From Paraspadella gotoi (taxonomy: Eukaryota; Animalia; Chaetognatha), in NCBI GenBank assembly GCA_051294375.1, contig CM119267.1, positions 22,631,486-22,695,485 of the forward strand: 64,000 nucleotides of DNA, given 5' to 3'. The notes below the pieces were generated by a model. It worked only from the letters and a program-made list of their open reading frames with translations, had not been told where the DNA came from and ran no database searches. Position numbers and translations under genes: made by a program. Below, one piece after another: positions 22,436 to 37,042 of this stretch (positions are counted from its first letter, which is position 1; every line of letters starts with the position of its first letter).

Positions 22436-22690
22436 TATTTATAAGACACACATTGTATAGAAATTACATCTTTTGTTCTTTATAGTTTTAGGATTTCCTG
22501 AAGACGGCGCTAGCAGTCCCTTAAATTTGAAGTTTTTTCTTGTCAGAACAAATGAGCAAGTAACTATAGGGGAATTATATGCAATTTTAATGTAAATGGG
22601 ACAGACCAACAGACAGACATACCGACGGACCAACCGACCGAAAAGTGACTTATAGAGTTGCTCCGCGAGTACTCGCGGCGCAACTAAAAA
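22436..22690 (-). mobile_element. Short HINE-like family; related copies at ~16735-16982 (-) and ~22916-23010 (+)
   Basis: Shared actctataagtcact core, GTCY repeats, ggatttcctgaagRcggcgcta motif, and terminal inverted repeat agttgctccgcgagtactcgcggcgcaact. Confidence 0.6.
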
Positions 22691-23415
22691 TCCGCGCCCT
22701 AAAAACCTTTGAGCAAGATAATGTAATAAGCCACGTGCAATGGAATATCGAGCATTCGGACGAGCTCCACGCCGCTCGACGACGGAACCAGGCAGCGCAA
22801 CAGTGTGGATCGCCGGATTCTAACATTAAACAATAATTTATTAATCTACTGATTTAATTTTATATCATTCGCGCGTGAGTCTTCCAAATCCTAGACTAGT
22901 AGAAGTTCTTAAGTTTGTTAGTTACAACTCTATAAGTCACTGTCGGTCTGGCGGTCGGTCGGTCGGTATGTCTGTCCATCAGTCAGTCCCACTTACGTTA
23001 GAAATGCTCATAACTCGCCTCATATATTTTCCGTTATTTTGCTTAAGAGTAGATCAAATAATTTTAAACTCTCACGCGATTGTACAAAACGCCAACTTAG
23101 TTTCTGCCATAAAGATATTATCAAAAATTCCACATCATTTCAAAATCGACTCATACCCGCTTTTCTTTCTTTTTTTCTTTTCGAATCTTTTCGTTTGGCT
23201 TTTACTAAGGTTAACTGATTTGTTATTCATTTTATAGCTATCTCTCCCCATTTCATTAATCACGGGAAGTTCAAGAAAATTCTTCGCTCTGAATAAAAAT
23301 GCAAGATGGCCGCGCCCGCGATCTTCGCAATCTTTGGCGGAAATTTAAGACGGTAAATCGAATTTTTATCGTTTTTATGTTTGGCTGCAACTCGGGGTCC
23401 CTCGCGAGACGGAAT

Positions 23416-23474
<59 letters not shown>

Positions 23475-23791
23475 TCTCTGTCTCTCTCTCTTTCATTTGT
23501 ATGCAAAGAAAAATCCAGAACAAAGTATAAATCAAATTGGCGCCTAATATGCTGAAACCTCTGAAAGATACTGCGCATAAAGTCTCGTGATTTTTTTTCT
23601 TTTGTTGATCACTCGTTTCCTTTCCGCTTTCACCAAATTTGTTGGTTCGGTTTCTGACTGTCGCGACGACTGTTGTTTTGTTGTTTCGTCCGCTTCGAAA
23701 ATCCGAAAGCAATTGAGGCGGAATTTTTTGAATTACTTCTCCCGGAAGAGTAACTGTGATTATGAAAATGCGGACGAAGCAAGTTAAGGAA

Positions 23792-23884
<93 letters not shown>

Positions 23885-25055
23885 GAATGACCGTTTTTGA
23901 CAGAGACGTCCCTTTCTTTAAATTGTCGCCGGAACTTATGTCTATGCTCCAGCTGAGCCCGAATCGCTAAAGGCAGCACTCCCGTCATGCCACCCCGCAC
24001 CCCCCAGTTTCTGCTTCTCCTCCGCCAATTTGAGATTCCAATTCGTTTTTTTCTGTCTTTCTGTCATTTTGTTCTATCCTCTCACCATTTCACGCGTTCT
24101 TTTTTTTGCTCGAGGGGGAAACTTCCTCAATGTTAAAAATGACTTCTGGACATTTTTCATAAACTGTTTTGAATTTTGAAATAAAGGAATTTAAAATAAC
24201 GAAGGTCTTTTGTAAAGGCACGAATAATTTTCGAAATATTATAACTTTCTTTCTTACAATTGAATAAGTTTTAAGTAAGATATGTATTGTATTTCCCCTA
24301 TCGGCATTTCGATATTGATGGCTATCCTTTCCGCGAGTCGAGATCCGATCGACGAGAATGAATCGTCGATCCTCAACAATTTTCACTTTTCGAAAAGGAT
24401 CCGGAAATTCACTTCACGCCAAATCCCTCGTGGAGTTATTAGGACTCTAATATGTAAATTAGATTTAGCCTACGTATATTTTTTGTTCCTGAAAAGACTT
24501 CTTTCTGGGGAAAGGGGTTGCTAGGATTAGATTGTGAGTTTATCAATACAATATAAAATAAGTAGGGTGGTTAAATTGGGTATATGTAGTTCTGCATAAT
24601 ACTTTTCCACGTGGCGACATATCGAAGTGTGACGCTCTGAAGTCAGTCATGAAATTCGGATTTCGATGACCCGATCTCGACATTCTCTATCCAAACGCCA
24701 AGCAATAATTCCCATTCTTCGCCGTCAAAGCTTTACGTTTTACTGTTGACCCCTGACTCTAGTACACCTTTGGTCCCGCTATATATGCTATTTCACTATT
24801 TTGAAAATCTACCACTTTCCATACAATTTCTTTTGAAGTTTTTTTTTTTCTTCTTAATATCAACCCCTCTCGTCTTTCTACTCCACTCAACTTCAGTCGA
24901 CTCCACTCTCCCCTCGCCCGACTCCACTCCACTCCAGCCACCCTCTCTCTCCCCTCGCTCCAGCAAACCCGCCCTTCCGTCCGTCCGACGCCCGAAGCCA
25001 TAAAATCTCGTGTGTCGCCGGAAGAAAGCAGGGGGAGGTAACGTAACAGTCCGTG

Positions 25056-26800
25056 TAAGAAATCCTAGAGAAGAAGAAAAAGGGGAGGGAGGAAAGTGGA
25101 CCACAGAGGAGGAGGAGGGAGGTCAAAGGTGAGGAGGGGGGACGGAAGAGAGGAGGGGGAGGTGTAGAAATCGGAAGAAAATCCTGGCAGGAGACAAAAA
25201 ATGGCCGGAGGAGAAAAGGGGAACGCCTCTAGGAGGAGGAGGGTAGGAAAGCGGAGGCAGGGGCGGACGGAAGAGAAGGAACGCGGGGAGGCCTAAAGAA
25301 AGTCGGAAGAAATCCTAGGAGAAGAAGAAAAGGGAGGGAGGAAAGGGAAGAGGGAGGAGGAGGGAAGGAACGGGAAGAGGAGGAGGAGTGAGGAAGGGAG
25401 GAGGGGACGGACAGAGAGAAGGGGGAGGTCAAGAAAGTCGAGAGAAATCCCTAGGAGGCAATGAAGAAAAGGGGCAGGGACGGAAAAGGAAGAGGAGGAA
25501 GACGGAAGGAAAGAGGAGGAGAGGCCAGGAGAGGAGGGAGAGAAAGGAGAGGGGACGAAGGAGAAGGGGAGGTAAGAAGTTCGGAGAAGAAAGTCCTAGG
25601 AGGAAGAAGAAAAGGGAGGGAAAAGGAGAGGAGGCAGGAGGGAGGAAGGAGGGTGCACGGTTAAGAGAACCAACCCATAAGGAGGCCGCACGGTAAGGAA
25701 AGAGGGAATAAACGCGAGAGAGCGAGAAGAAATCCTAGGAGGAGAGAAGAAGGGGAAGGGAGAGAGGGAAAGAGAGGAGAGGAGAGAGGAGAGGAGAGGA
25801 GGGAGAGAGGAGACACGGAGAGAGAGAGGAGGGAAGGTAAGGAAAGAGAGAAAGAAGCCAGAGAGACAGAGAGAGGGGAAAAGCCGAGAGCGGTGGAGGA
25901 AAGCGGGAAGACGAGCTATAATCCTGGTTGGTTAATTAGAGAAAATTCCATTTAGGATTATATATTGCACCAATGTGACAAAGATCAAAAGGGGGAGGCA
26001 TTGTTGTAGATCGTTATGTTGAATATACTCGCGGTAAGAGCAGGAAGTCCATGGGAATACGGTCAATAGCGGAGGGACACCAGTCTCTCATGCTCGTCCC
26101 GGACTCGCGAAGAAGAGGAGGGTGTGCAGGTACACGAAAGGAGCGGAGGAAAAGAGATGGAGAGGGGAGAGGAAGGAAAAGCAAAGGTTCAAGGAGGAAG
26201 GAAGGGTTAAGAAGGCGGGACACACTATAGAAATGAAGGAAAGTAGGCGCNNNNNNNNNNNNNNNNNNNNNNNNNTCCTAGGAGGAGAAGAAAAGGTGAG
26301 GAGGAAAGGGAAAGAGGCAGGAGGAGGGAGGGATAAGGGAGGAGGGGGGACGGAAGAGAGGAGGGGGTAGGTAAGAAAGTCGGAAGAAATCCTAGGAGGA
26401 AGAAGAAAAGGGAGGGAGGAAAGGGAAGAGGAGGAGGAGGGAGGAGGAAGGGAGGAGGAGGAGGGAAGGAGGAGGGGACGGAAGAGAGGAGGGGGAGGTA
26501 AGAAAGTCGGAAGAAATCCTAGGAGAGAGAAGGAGGGAGAAGGGAAGAGAGGAGGAGGGAAGGAAAGGGAAGGAGGAGGAGGAGGGAGCGAAAAGGGACG
26601 GAGGGGGGCGGAAGAGAAGGAGGGGGAGGTAAGAAAGTCGGAAGAAATCCTAGGCAGGAAAGAGCAGAAAAGGGGCAAGGGAGAAAGGGAAGAGAGAGAC
26701 GAAGCGGTAGGCAAAGGGCGAGGCAGGGACGGGAAGACGGAGAGGAAGGGGGAGGTGAAGAAAGTCGGAAGAGAATCCTAGGGAGGAAGGAAGAAAGAGG
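25056..26800. repeat. Degenerate ~120-140-bp polypurine minisatellite
   Basis: About 11 recurrences of the anchor aagaaagtcggaagaaatcctagg separated by almost pure A/G sequence; interrupted at ~25920-26275 by unique sequence and a gap. Confidence 0.85.
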
Positions 26801-27186
26801 GGAGGGAGGAAAGGAGAGAGGAGGAGGGAGAAAGCGGAAGCAGTCAGGAGCGAGGAGGAAAGAGGACTCCGGAGCAAGAGGCAGGGGAATCTCTCTCTCA
26901 GGTGAGAGAAGGGTAAGTTTGAAGGGATTACGAGAGGACAAGACAATTGGGAGGAATGAGTCGAGGTTTTAAAACAGGGGAAAGTGAATGAAGGAACAAA
27001 GAGAACTCCTTGGATCAAATTGAGAATTCATAGCGTCAGGTAAATTTGGAACAGGTAGAGAAATAAAGACATAAAAGGATAAAGAAGGGAAAGGAAAATA
27101 AAAAGAAGGAAAAAAGAAATACAGGAACAAAATAAAAATAAAATGGACGATAGGAGAATGAGTCCATCGACGCTGGCGACCTGGGG

Positions 27187-27253
<67 letters not shown>

Positions 27254-27560
27254 AGAACGTTTACAACGGCAATAAAGAGAGAGTTAAACCAAAATAAAAA
27301 AGGAATATGTTACAGATGAAATGCTGGAAACAACTTTAAAAGCACAAAGGACAAAACAGGAAAAAATTATCGTACCTGTGGCTGTGTTAGGTTAAAATTT
27401 GGGGAAGTTTATTATTAAAAATATGTTAATAAATGCCTATCAATAAAAATAAAATGCAAAATAAAAACCACGTGAAAAAAGTAGAAAGAGAAAAAAAAGA
27501 GATAGAAAAGAGTGTTTGTGAGGAGAGCGAGAGAGAGAGAGAGAAAGAGGAGAGAAGAAG

Positions 27561-27601
<41 letters not shown>

Positions 27602-29531
27602 GAGAAGAGGGATGGAGGTGGCGGCAGTCAGCAATAGATCGGTCAAGAAAGAGGATAATAGGATGGAGATAAGGCGGAAATAAAATGGTGCGGTAAAGGG
27701 AGTATGAAGAGGAAGAGAGAGAGAGAGAGAGAGGAGAGAGAGGAGAGAGAGAGAGAGGAAGAGAGGGAAAGAGAGAGAGAGAAAGAAAAGAGAGAGAGAG
27801 AGAGAGAAAGAGAGAAAGAGAAAGAGAGAGAAGGATGAATGGCGTGGGAGGAGGGAACCAAATGAGGCGAGTAAACGTGAGTTTCGTCCAAACGGAAGAA
27901 AAAAGGGAAAAAATCCTGCGATGCGGAAAAAACTATGAGGCGAAAATTGACCCTTCGTTTCGTCGTCGTGGTCGTCATTGTCGTCGTCGTCGTCGTCGTG
28001 TACAATCGTGGCGTCGGACTTCTCGTCTCTTTTTGTCCGGGATCCTCGTCAAGACTAAAAAAATTTTGGCCTCCGGACCGGGTACAAGTTTCTGAGAAAG
28101 TTGGAAAGCTGACCGGCCAGTCTGGGTTCGCTACTGAGCCAAGAGTTAAAAAATATAGGATAATAAACGAACCGCCGCGCTCCCGGTTGAGAAAGCCATA
28201 CACTGTGCTTTGCGTGGCACAGTGTATAAAAAAATAGTGTGAGGGGAATGGAAAATGGGGAGAAGGGGAAAGGAAAACGTATTTGGTAACTTACTCTGGA
28301 TTATTAATTTTCAATAACGTACTTATTTATTTAGGCAATTAAGATTTTTAAAAGTGTTCGAAAAAAGAAAATCGATTAATTAATTAGTTACTTGTTCAAA
28401 AATAAATCATTTATTATATTCTATATTTCATCCTTGAAGTTTAAAAATTAAGATTCAGATATTGGCGACAAAAACGAATGTGAAACTGAATAGTTTGGGA
28501 CAGAAGATTGGTGAACAGGGCAAGTGACGATTGGTCACAGAAAAATAGTCTCTCTATCCTAATCCTAACCTCTAACCTCATCTTTAACTCAAAAAATGAA
28601 CCTAATTCAGAACTTAGGATAAAATGGGGCGTTCAGGGATAATAGGGCCGCTTGAAGAAACCTGGAAGCGAAAATGGGAGAACTCAACTCTCAAGGAAGA
28701 GATAAGAGAAAGAGTTGAGTGTAAAGCTCAGAAAATTTGGGTTTGAATGACGGAAGGAGGTCAACGACCTGGAAGAACAGACGAATCCAATCCAGACGGA
28801 CGGACAAGATGGATGCCGTTTGATTTTGACGAATCGTCGGGTAAGGTATAATTCTTCCATGCTATATCATAACTGACGAGACATAGTTTATTTACGAGAC
28901 GGTACTTCCTGGATTTAGAAACCGAGAAATTAAAATCTAAAGAAATAAATATTTTTCGGAGAAAAAAAACTGAACGAAAGTAAACGAAGTTTTGTAGCAG
29001 GTTTGTTGCAGGTTTGCGGCAAGTTTGTGGCAGGTGCGAGCGAGAAAATTAAATCGGGGCTTGGGGAGGTGGAGGAAGAAAGGGTTAAGAAAATTCCCAT
29101 GTCCTGATCTCTCCCCTCGGACGGCCCGGCGGAGCGAGACGAGATCGAAGTCGAGAGAGAGAGAGAGAAGAGACGAGAGAGCGACGGAGAGAGATGAAGA
29201 GAGACGAGAGAGATAACGGGCAAGCCAGCAGTGGAGCCCTCGAGAGAAGGGGAGAGAGGAAGGAGAGAGAGAGAGATTTTTGAAGAGGGGATAGGCCAAC
29301 CAGGAGCCCCAAGCCATCTTAACGCAACCTGAGGATGATGGTTGTCAACTCTAACNNNNNNNNNNNNNNNNNNNNNNNNNNNNNNNNNNNNNNNNNNNNN
29401 NNNNNNNNNNNNNNNNNNNNNNNNNNNGAGAGAGTAAGACGGAACCGGAGAAGAAAAATTCTTTTCAATCTGGGATTTTCTCTTTGAGACTCAGTTCGTC
29501 ACCTCTTTGTCGCCGGCGAAGCGACGATATT

Positions 29532-29643
29532 TTCAATTCCTTCTTCCCACATGAACCCATGGTGTTTCTCTTTCTCAATCCTTCTTTCCAATTCCTTCTT
29601 CCCACATGAACCCATGGTGTTTCTCTTTCTCAATCCTTCTTTC
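29532..29643. repeat. 55-bp tandem duplication
   Basis: caattccttcttcccacatgaacccatggtgtttctctttctcaatccttcttt occurs twice. Confidence 0.85.
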
Positions 29644-31274
29644 AAAATCCTTCTTTCTAAATCCTTCTTTCCAATTTCTTCCCTTAATTTTCTCTTTCCA
29701 TTTCTGGACAATTTCTCCCATAAAATTCTCGTTTCTAATTTTTCAGCTATTTCTTTTTATTAATTCCTTGCTTCCTTTTTTTTCATATTTTTTTCCCTTA
29801 TTTTAAATTCTTTTTAATTTTTCCTTTTTACTTCAATTTCTTTTTGTCTTCTTTGTCAGTTTCGAGTTCCTCCCTCTCAGACTGGGTCCCCGCCTCGGGC
29901 CTGCTCGGTCACGCCCTCTTCGGTCCATAATCTTCCTCAACGCACCTCAACGATGTCGCCCTTGCGCCTTCTGCTNNNNNNNNNNNNNNNNNNNNNNNNN
30001 NNNNNNNNNNNNNNNNNNNNNNNNNNNNNNNNNNNNNNNNNNNNNNNNNNNNNNNNNNNNNNNNNNNNNNNNNNNNNNNNNNNNNNNNNNNNNNNNNNNN
30101 NNNNNNNNNNNNNNNNNNNNNNNNNNNNNNNNNNNTTTAATATCAACTTTAATCTTAACTTTACTTTAACTTTAGCTTTACTTTAACTTTACTTAACTTT
30201 AATCTTGCAACCGTTGTAACAAGCTCTATTTAATTACGTACCAATATCCAATTGACTAACTGTTATACTAATTAAATGAAGAGATCTGTTTATGCCCACG
30301 TTGACCCATAATAGCAAACATAAGCTTCGCTCGTCCAACATCTGCTTTACTTCTCTTTCCATTCATCGACGAGAATAATTATCGGTCGGACTCACGAAAG
30401 CCGCGGGCATTTTCCAAAATAGGCTTTGCCTTTCTCTGCCAAATTATAGGTGTTTCAGGAATTACTATATCCCTATACAGTCCCTATACGGTCCTCTGTC
30501 CAATTTCACAGTCAGTTAAGAATATTCAAACAATTTGTTTTCGGTTGTCGTCTGTTTCTCGATCTCCGTCACAACGCAGAATGGGCGTGGCCCGATGACG
30601 GAGACATCTTTCGGTGAAATTTAAATCTTTAGAACTGAATGCTCTTGTGTTTTCTTCGGTTTCGTAGAAAATGGAAAAAGAAGGAGGTGACCCTGAAAGC
30701 GGATTTGAAAACAAAAGGGAAAGTCCGGCGTTGGAGAAAGTGAGAACAGGAATTCGCGACACNNNNNNNNNNNNNNNNNNNNNNNNNNNNNNNNNNNNNN
30801 NNNNNNNNNNNNNNNNNNNNNNNNNNNNNNNNNNNNNNNNNNNNNNNNNNNNNNNNNNNNNNNNNNNNNNNNNNNNNNNNNNNNNNNNNNNNNNNNNNNN
30901 NNNNNNNNNNNNNNNNNNNNNNNNNNNNNNNNNNNNNNNNNNNNNNNNNNNNNNNNNNNNNNNNNNNNNNNNNNNNNNNNNNNNNNNNNNNNNNNNNNNN
31001 NNNNNNNNNNNNNNNNNNNNNNNNNNNNNNNNNNNNNNNNNNNNNNNNNNNNNNNNNNNNNNNNNNNNNNNNNNNNNNNNNNNNNNNNNNNNNNNNNNNN
31101 NNNNNNNNNNNNNNNNNNNNNNNNNNNNNNNNNNNNNNNNNNNNNNNNNNNNNNNNNNNNNNNNNNNNNNNNNNNNNNNNNNNNNNNNNNNNNNNNNNNN
31201 NNNNNNNNNNNNNNNNNNNNNNNNNNNNNNNNNNNNNNNNNNNNNNNNNNNNNNNNNNNNNNNNNNNNNNNNNG

Positions 31275-31306
<32 letters not shown>

Positions 31307-34300
31307 GTCCAGGGTGGATGAAAAACGAATGAATCCACTCGATGGACAGAGTTAATCTCTTCCAGTGAGGAAAAAAGGTCTGGAAAAGTGGGTGCGTGGC
31401 GTGGGAGATTGAGAGAAAGAAAAAGAAAGAAAGATAAAAAATGAAAGAATATGAAAGAAGATGCGAAGATAAAGTAAAATAGAAAGGTGATCCATTAAAA
31501 ATAGAAAGGTTAAATTCAATGATAAAGATGTTTTAAAGAAAGAGAGAAAGAGAGAGAGAAAAAAATAGAAAGACAAATGCTTTAGATTTTGCCTTAGAAC
31601 TGACATGTCTTTAAATTCTTTAATTAAAAAAAAAATTTTAAAATATAGTTGGCAATATAATCGAAATAGTTGTGAAATAATAATACAGTTTTAATAGCGT
31701 GGATGAGAGGAGCGGGGGACCGATTAGTGGAGCGAGGAAAAGAAAATAACTACATACAAGGAGAGAAGATGGAATGAGTTTATAGGAGTCGAGATATGAT
31801 GATCGATTCTGTGTCTAATGAGATCGAGGAAAGACAAGTGGTAAAGAAGAAACGAAATGAGAGGAAAGGAAAGGGAGAAATGACGAGAAGATAGGAAAAA
31901 GTAAAGTAAATCCACGGAAATAAATTCATACAATTCTTGAGAATGAATGAAACCTCGCATTATTTAAAAACTATTAATATTAAATGTATGTATATAACTT
32001 TATTTTAACTCTGTTCGTCTTATGTTTAAAAATTCATAAGGCAGTTTTGTTTCGAAAACGAATGGGGAAATGGAGGAATGCAATGCGGAAGAAATAGGTT
32101 ACGCTATTACTTATGATTAATCTACTTACGGTTCGGTTAAGGTGGATTAAAAATCTCCTTTTAAATGCACACAAACCGGTTTTGGAAACCGCGAGGAAAT
32201 TATTATTTTGCCAGTTAAACGTTGTTATATAATAGAAATGAGACGCCCCGTCGCCGAGTGATCACTCAGAGCCACTTCATCTGCGAAGGGCGCAGGCGAC
32301 TTTCCGGAAGTATTGAGAAGATACTTCTAGCCATTTTATTGGATACGAAAAAAATTATATTTTCTCAACTTTACTTTTGACAGTCCATTTAGATATTCCA
32401 AGGAGGAATACTTTCCAAAACTGCACTATGCAAATTGAATTAATATTTTGGAATGACTGCACGATTTGAAAGAGAGAGAGAGAAAAGAGAGACGACGATG
32501 AGGAGGAGAGATGAGAAGAGAGGAGGAGAGAGAGAGGAAGAGAGAGAGATGAGAGAGGAGAGAGAGAGATGAGAGAGAGAGAGACAGAGACAGAGACACT
32601 CACTAGACTAGACTGATAAGTTCCACTACATCCCACAATAAACCTCCCGCGGATTTCCCACCAGTTATCACTGCGTAGGCAAACAGAGGGAGAGAAGATT
32701 AGCGCGAGACTCGAAAGGATTTTTTGTTTGTTGTGAGGATCGAGATTCGTGTCGACGCAAAGAATCCGATCGTGACATTCCTTGCCAGTTGCCACTCAGT
32801 GCCAGTCGATGGCGGAAGGAGGAGGCGGATTTTTTCGGTCTCCAGGGGAAAAAGCGGAAACGGGCGAGTGGAAACGCCATTGCTGATTGTGTAGATGGCG
32901 TTAGCGATGCCATTGCTGATAGTTTTGATTTTTTTTTTCCAGTCGGCTGTCAATTCCCTAACTGATTGGGTTGACGGAGTGGGCAATGCCACTGCATTGT
33001 GTTATTGATGCCATTACTGAAGAAGGCTCGGCGAATCCGGTGACTGTCCGTGGCGATATAAAAAGTAAATGATAGGCATGATTGACGAATATCATCGATG
33101 AATATCATTGATGAATGATGAGTGATGACAGTGGGGATGCTATTATTAAGTTGTTATTTATGGTTTAAAATTTAACGATGTTTATACTTGGGAGCTTAAT
33201 GCCGAAAGGGATCGTGAGCATTTAATGTTGACGATACGAGGACGAGTAATTTTTAATGATGAAATCGATTTCGTTCTTGAAAGTCAGCGAGTGAGTGAGT
33301 GAGTCTTCTTTCTTCCTCCTCATTCCTCATTCCTCTTAATAATTCCCTTCTCTCCCCTGGATCCTTTCCTCTGCTCCCCTTTCCCTCTTTCCTCCCCCAC
33401 CCCCACCCCGATGGAAACTCCATCAATCTTTCTACTCTTCGCTTGATTATTCGAACTTTCGACCTCATCGGGTGTCGGGCAGAGGGCGTCGGGTGTCGGG
33501 CGCCTCGAAAAGTCGACTTGACCGACAGGGACGACGACGATGACGACGACGACGATGACGACGATAGAAGCGACGTGGGAAGTCGGTTATGGATCATCGG
33601 AATTAAAAGAGTGACTGAGTAAGTGGATCCATAGTCGACGGAGAATGTTAAAAAAATATTTTAAATAAAGGAAAAATAATAATTGCGTATTTTCTCTATA
33701 TTTTGATTCAAATTTTAAGATCCACGTTACCTTTTATCATTATTATTTTACCTCTCGCCCCTTTTTTTTCAACTCATTTTGCAGACTTATGTATGTATGT
33801 TTTGTTTGTTTTCTGTACTGAATCAACCTTGTTGCATTCGAAGAAAACGCTTGTATTTGAAACCTGCCGTTAGAAGGAAATTTCCCTTATGGAAACACGT
33901 AGTTTTTAGTATTTTTNNNNNNNNNNTAAGATCCACGTTAGTTTTGACCATTTGAAACTTGCCGTTAGAGGGAAATTTTCTTAATGGAAACACGAAGTTT
34001 TTAGTATTTTTGAATATGTAAACAGAAAATCAATAATAATCAAGAATAAGTTAAGTTCCAACGACCTCGGTCTTCTAAGAGATTGCAGACATAACAACAA
34101 CAGCAACAACAACAACAACTAGACTTAAAGACTCTCGCGACTTCGATTATGAATTTTAACGTTGGCGAGCGAGGAAGGGGGGAGGTGGGGGGAGAGAAAG
34201 AGAGGGTAAGGGAATAGGGATGAAGAAAGCTAAGCGGGGCGAGGGTCTTTCCTTTTTCTTTCTTTTTGTCTCGACTTTCGTTTTTGTTAAAAACTAAATC

Positions 34301-35099
34301 TATAAACAATTTTAATTTCCTTTGTTTTTCGAAATAAAACTAAAGTAAAAAAAAAATTCAAGTTGATAAAAATATTGAAAAGAATAGAAATTAACCGGCA
34401 GACAGTGAAATTAAATTACGAACAATTAAAAATAAAACAAGAATTACAATGTTGAGAACGTTTATTGTAAGAAAAATTGAAGACGCAATTTGCTACGACG
34501 ATAAGACATAATAGTAATAAAGGGACCTTAAAACTAAGATCATAATTCCGACGACAAATGAAACATAAAAGCTGAAGACGAGAACAATGGCCGATTTCTC
34601 CATCCCCATTTTTCCTCAGCAACGCTTCCCCATTTCTCACGCTTCTTCTTTTTTTTATAATATTTTCTTTGTTTTTTTCATTTTTTGTAAACTTTTTTTT
34701 CATGCTTGATTTTATCTCTTTTCCGCGCCGGCGACTTTTTAGCCTTTTGTTTCGGATCTTGTTTCGCCATTTTTTCCCCCTTTTGTTACTGTTTATTCGC
34801 TTCTTCGCTTCTTTTAATCTTCTTGTTTTTTTTTTAAATTTTTTCCTTTTTTTGTTGCTTTATATTTCTTGTATTTTTTGCTGGTTTTTTTCCCAGCTAT
34901 TATGTGTTTCGAGAAAAAAAATGGGTAAATATGAAAAGAGGGATGTTCGTGTGGGAAGAGAGAAGAAGAGAGGGAAAATATGAAAAAGAAAGGGAGAGGA
35001 TGAAAGGAGGTAAGGAAGGAAAAATAAAGTGAGATGGAAAAAAAATGGGAAGAGAAAAAAAAAGGAAAAAAGCAGAGGATATAAAAAAAAAAAAAGAAA

Positions 35100-35136
<37 letters not shown>

Positions 35137-35145
35137 AGAAGAGGA

Positions 35146-35176
<31 letters not shown>

Positions 35177-35736
35177 CGACAAGTTATTACCGTGGAGCAA
35201 AAACCAAAGCCGAGAAAAGGAGAGAGACGAAGCCCAAGTTAAAGATCCTTTGTTGATTATAAATAAGTCTCGGACGTATAATTATCCCGGCTTCTCCTTT
35301 TTTTAGCGAATGCTTTGGAATGCGTCCAGTTTTCTCTGTTTCGAAATTTATGTCTTCTCGTCGCTAGTAAAGAAAACAAAACTTGGTGAAACTTAAAGTA
35401 AAGAAAGTAAAGATTTGAAAACAAAATAAAATAAAATTATTAACCATTTATAACAAGTGAACAAAAAAAGACGCATCATCGACGTTTTATTTTCTGACTC
35501 GGCACCGACGCGACATCTCTCGTCAAACAATAAAATATGACGAAACAACGGAGCATCAAGCAGCAGAGTCAGATCCTGTAGTCTTGCAAAGTGCTATAAT
35601 CTTTGACGTTTTGGGATGAAATGAGGCGCAAATTGAGGGAATATAAACTCAAATACCGAAACACGACGTAATTGTTTGGAAGGAATAAATTCGGGCGGAT
35701 TATATTGGAGAATATATTTTCTTTCTTTCTCTCTCT

Positions 35737-35813
<77 letters not shown>

Positions 35814-36642
35814 AAAACTAAACGAAATCGAATCTCCTTTTTTTTTTCTCCGCGGAGAAAGAAAAATGTAAAAACCCGGGAAAATCGTCTGAGAGAAAAG
35901 AATAAGTTTTGTGGCAAAATAAAGAGGAAAAAGAAAAGGAAAGAAAGAGCGTAACGAGAGACGTTTCCGCCATTTTGAAAAAAAAACTAATGGAAGATGA
36001 GGGGAGGCAGAGGGGGAGAGAGAGATAGGGAGGAAAGGGAAGGAGGAAAGGGAGGAAAGCGAGAGGAAGGGAGCAGGAGTGGAAGGGAAAAGAAAGGAAG
36101 GAAGAAAAGGGGAAAGGGAGGAAAAAAAAGAAAAAGAAAAGAGGAGAAAGGAAGGGAAAACGGGAAAAAGAAAGGAGGAAGGGAGGGAGGAAGAGAAGAA
36201 GAGAGAAGTTGGAAGAAAGTGAAGGGAGGAAGAAGGAGGAAGGAAAGGTGGTTGAAGAGGAACAATGGGAAATCAGAAGATAAAAAGGGGAAGTTTGAGG
36301 AAGAAAGGAAAATAAAAATTTTAACTTTAAAAGGTAAACGGGCCAAAAGAAAAAGTGGAAAGGATGAAAAGGATTTTCGAAATTTGAATTGAAAACTTGA
36401 AACCCGAAAAGGAAAATTAAAAAGATTGAAAAATATACAACGAAATGTTTTGAAATGACTGAAGGAGGGAAATTGAAACTGATGAAGAGTTAGAAAGAAA
36501 AGTAGAGAATAGAAAGATATATAAAGAGAGAGTAGAAGATAGAAAAGAAAGAAAAATGAGAGGGAGGGAGAGAGAGAGAGAGAGAGAGAGAGTTCCGTTG
36601 GGAGACGCAGTAATGATAAAAAAATAAAGGGCGAACATAATG

Positions 36643-36694
36643 GATGGAGACCCGATTGGAGACCCGGATGAAGACCCGGATGGAGACCCGGATG
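36643..36694. repeat. 12-bp tandem repeat (gatggagacccg) x4
   Basis: Directly visible, 1-2 mismatches per unit. Confidence 0.8.
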
Positions 36695-36839
36695 TTTGAA
36701 AACAAAATAGCTAGATGAGAATGAGCGATCAACATCTCCTTTTTTCAGACAAAGATCGAAAAAATATAGTTAGGGTTTTTGTTTTATTTTTTAATCGAAA
36801 GTAAGAATGAAAGGGAGGAGAGAGAGAGAGAGAGAGAAG

Positions 36840-36879
<40 letters not shown>

Positions 36880-36957
36880 AGAGAGGAGAGAGAGCGTTGG
36901 TGCGTCAGTGTGAGAATCAAAGGCTTAACAGGTAAAGAAAACGAAACTAATCAAGGT

Positions 36958-37042
<85 letters not shown>

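Noticed and set aside
33716-34010. Direct repeat flanking the 10-N gap
   Set aside because: Abuts a scaffold gap; may be an overlap or haplotype artefact.
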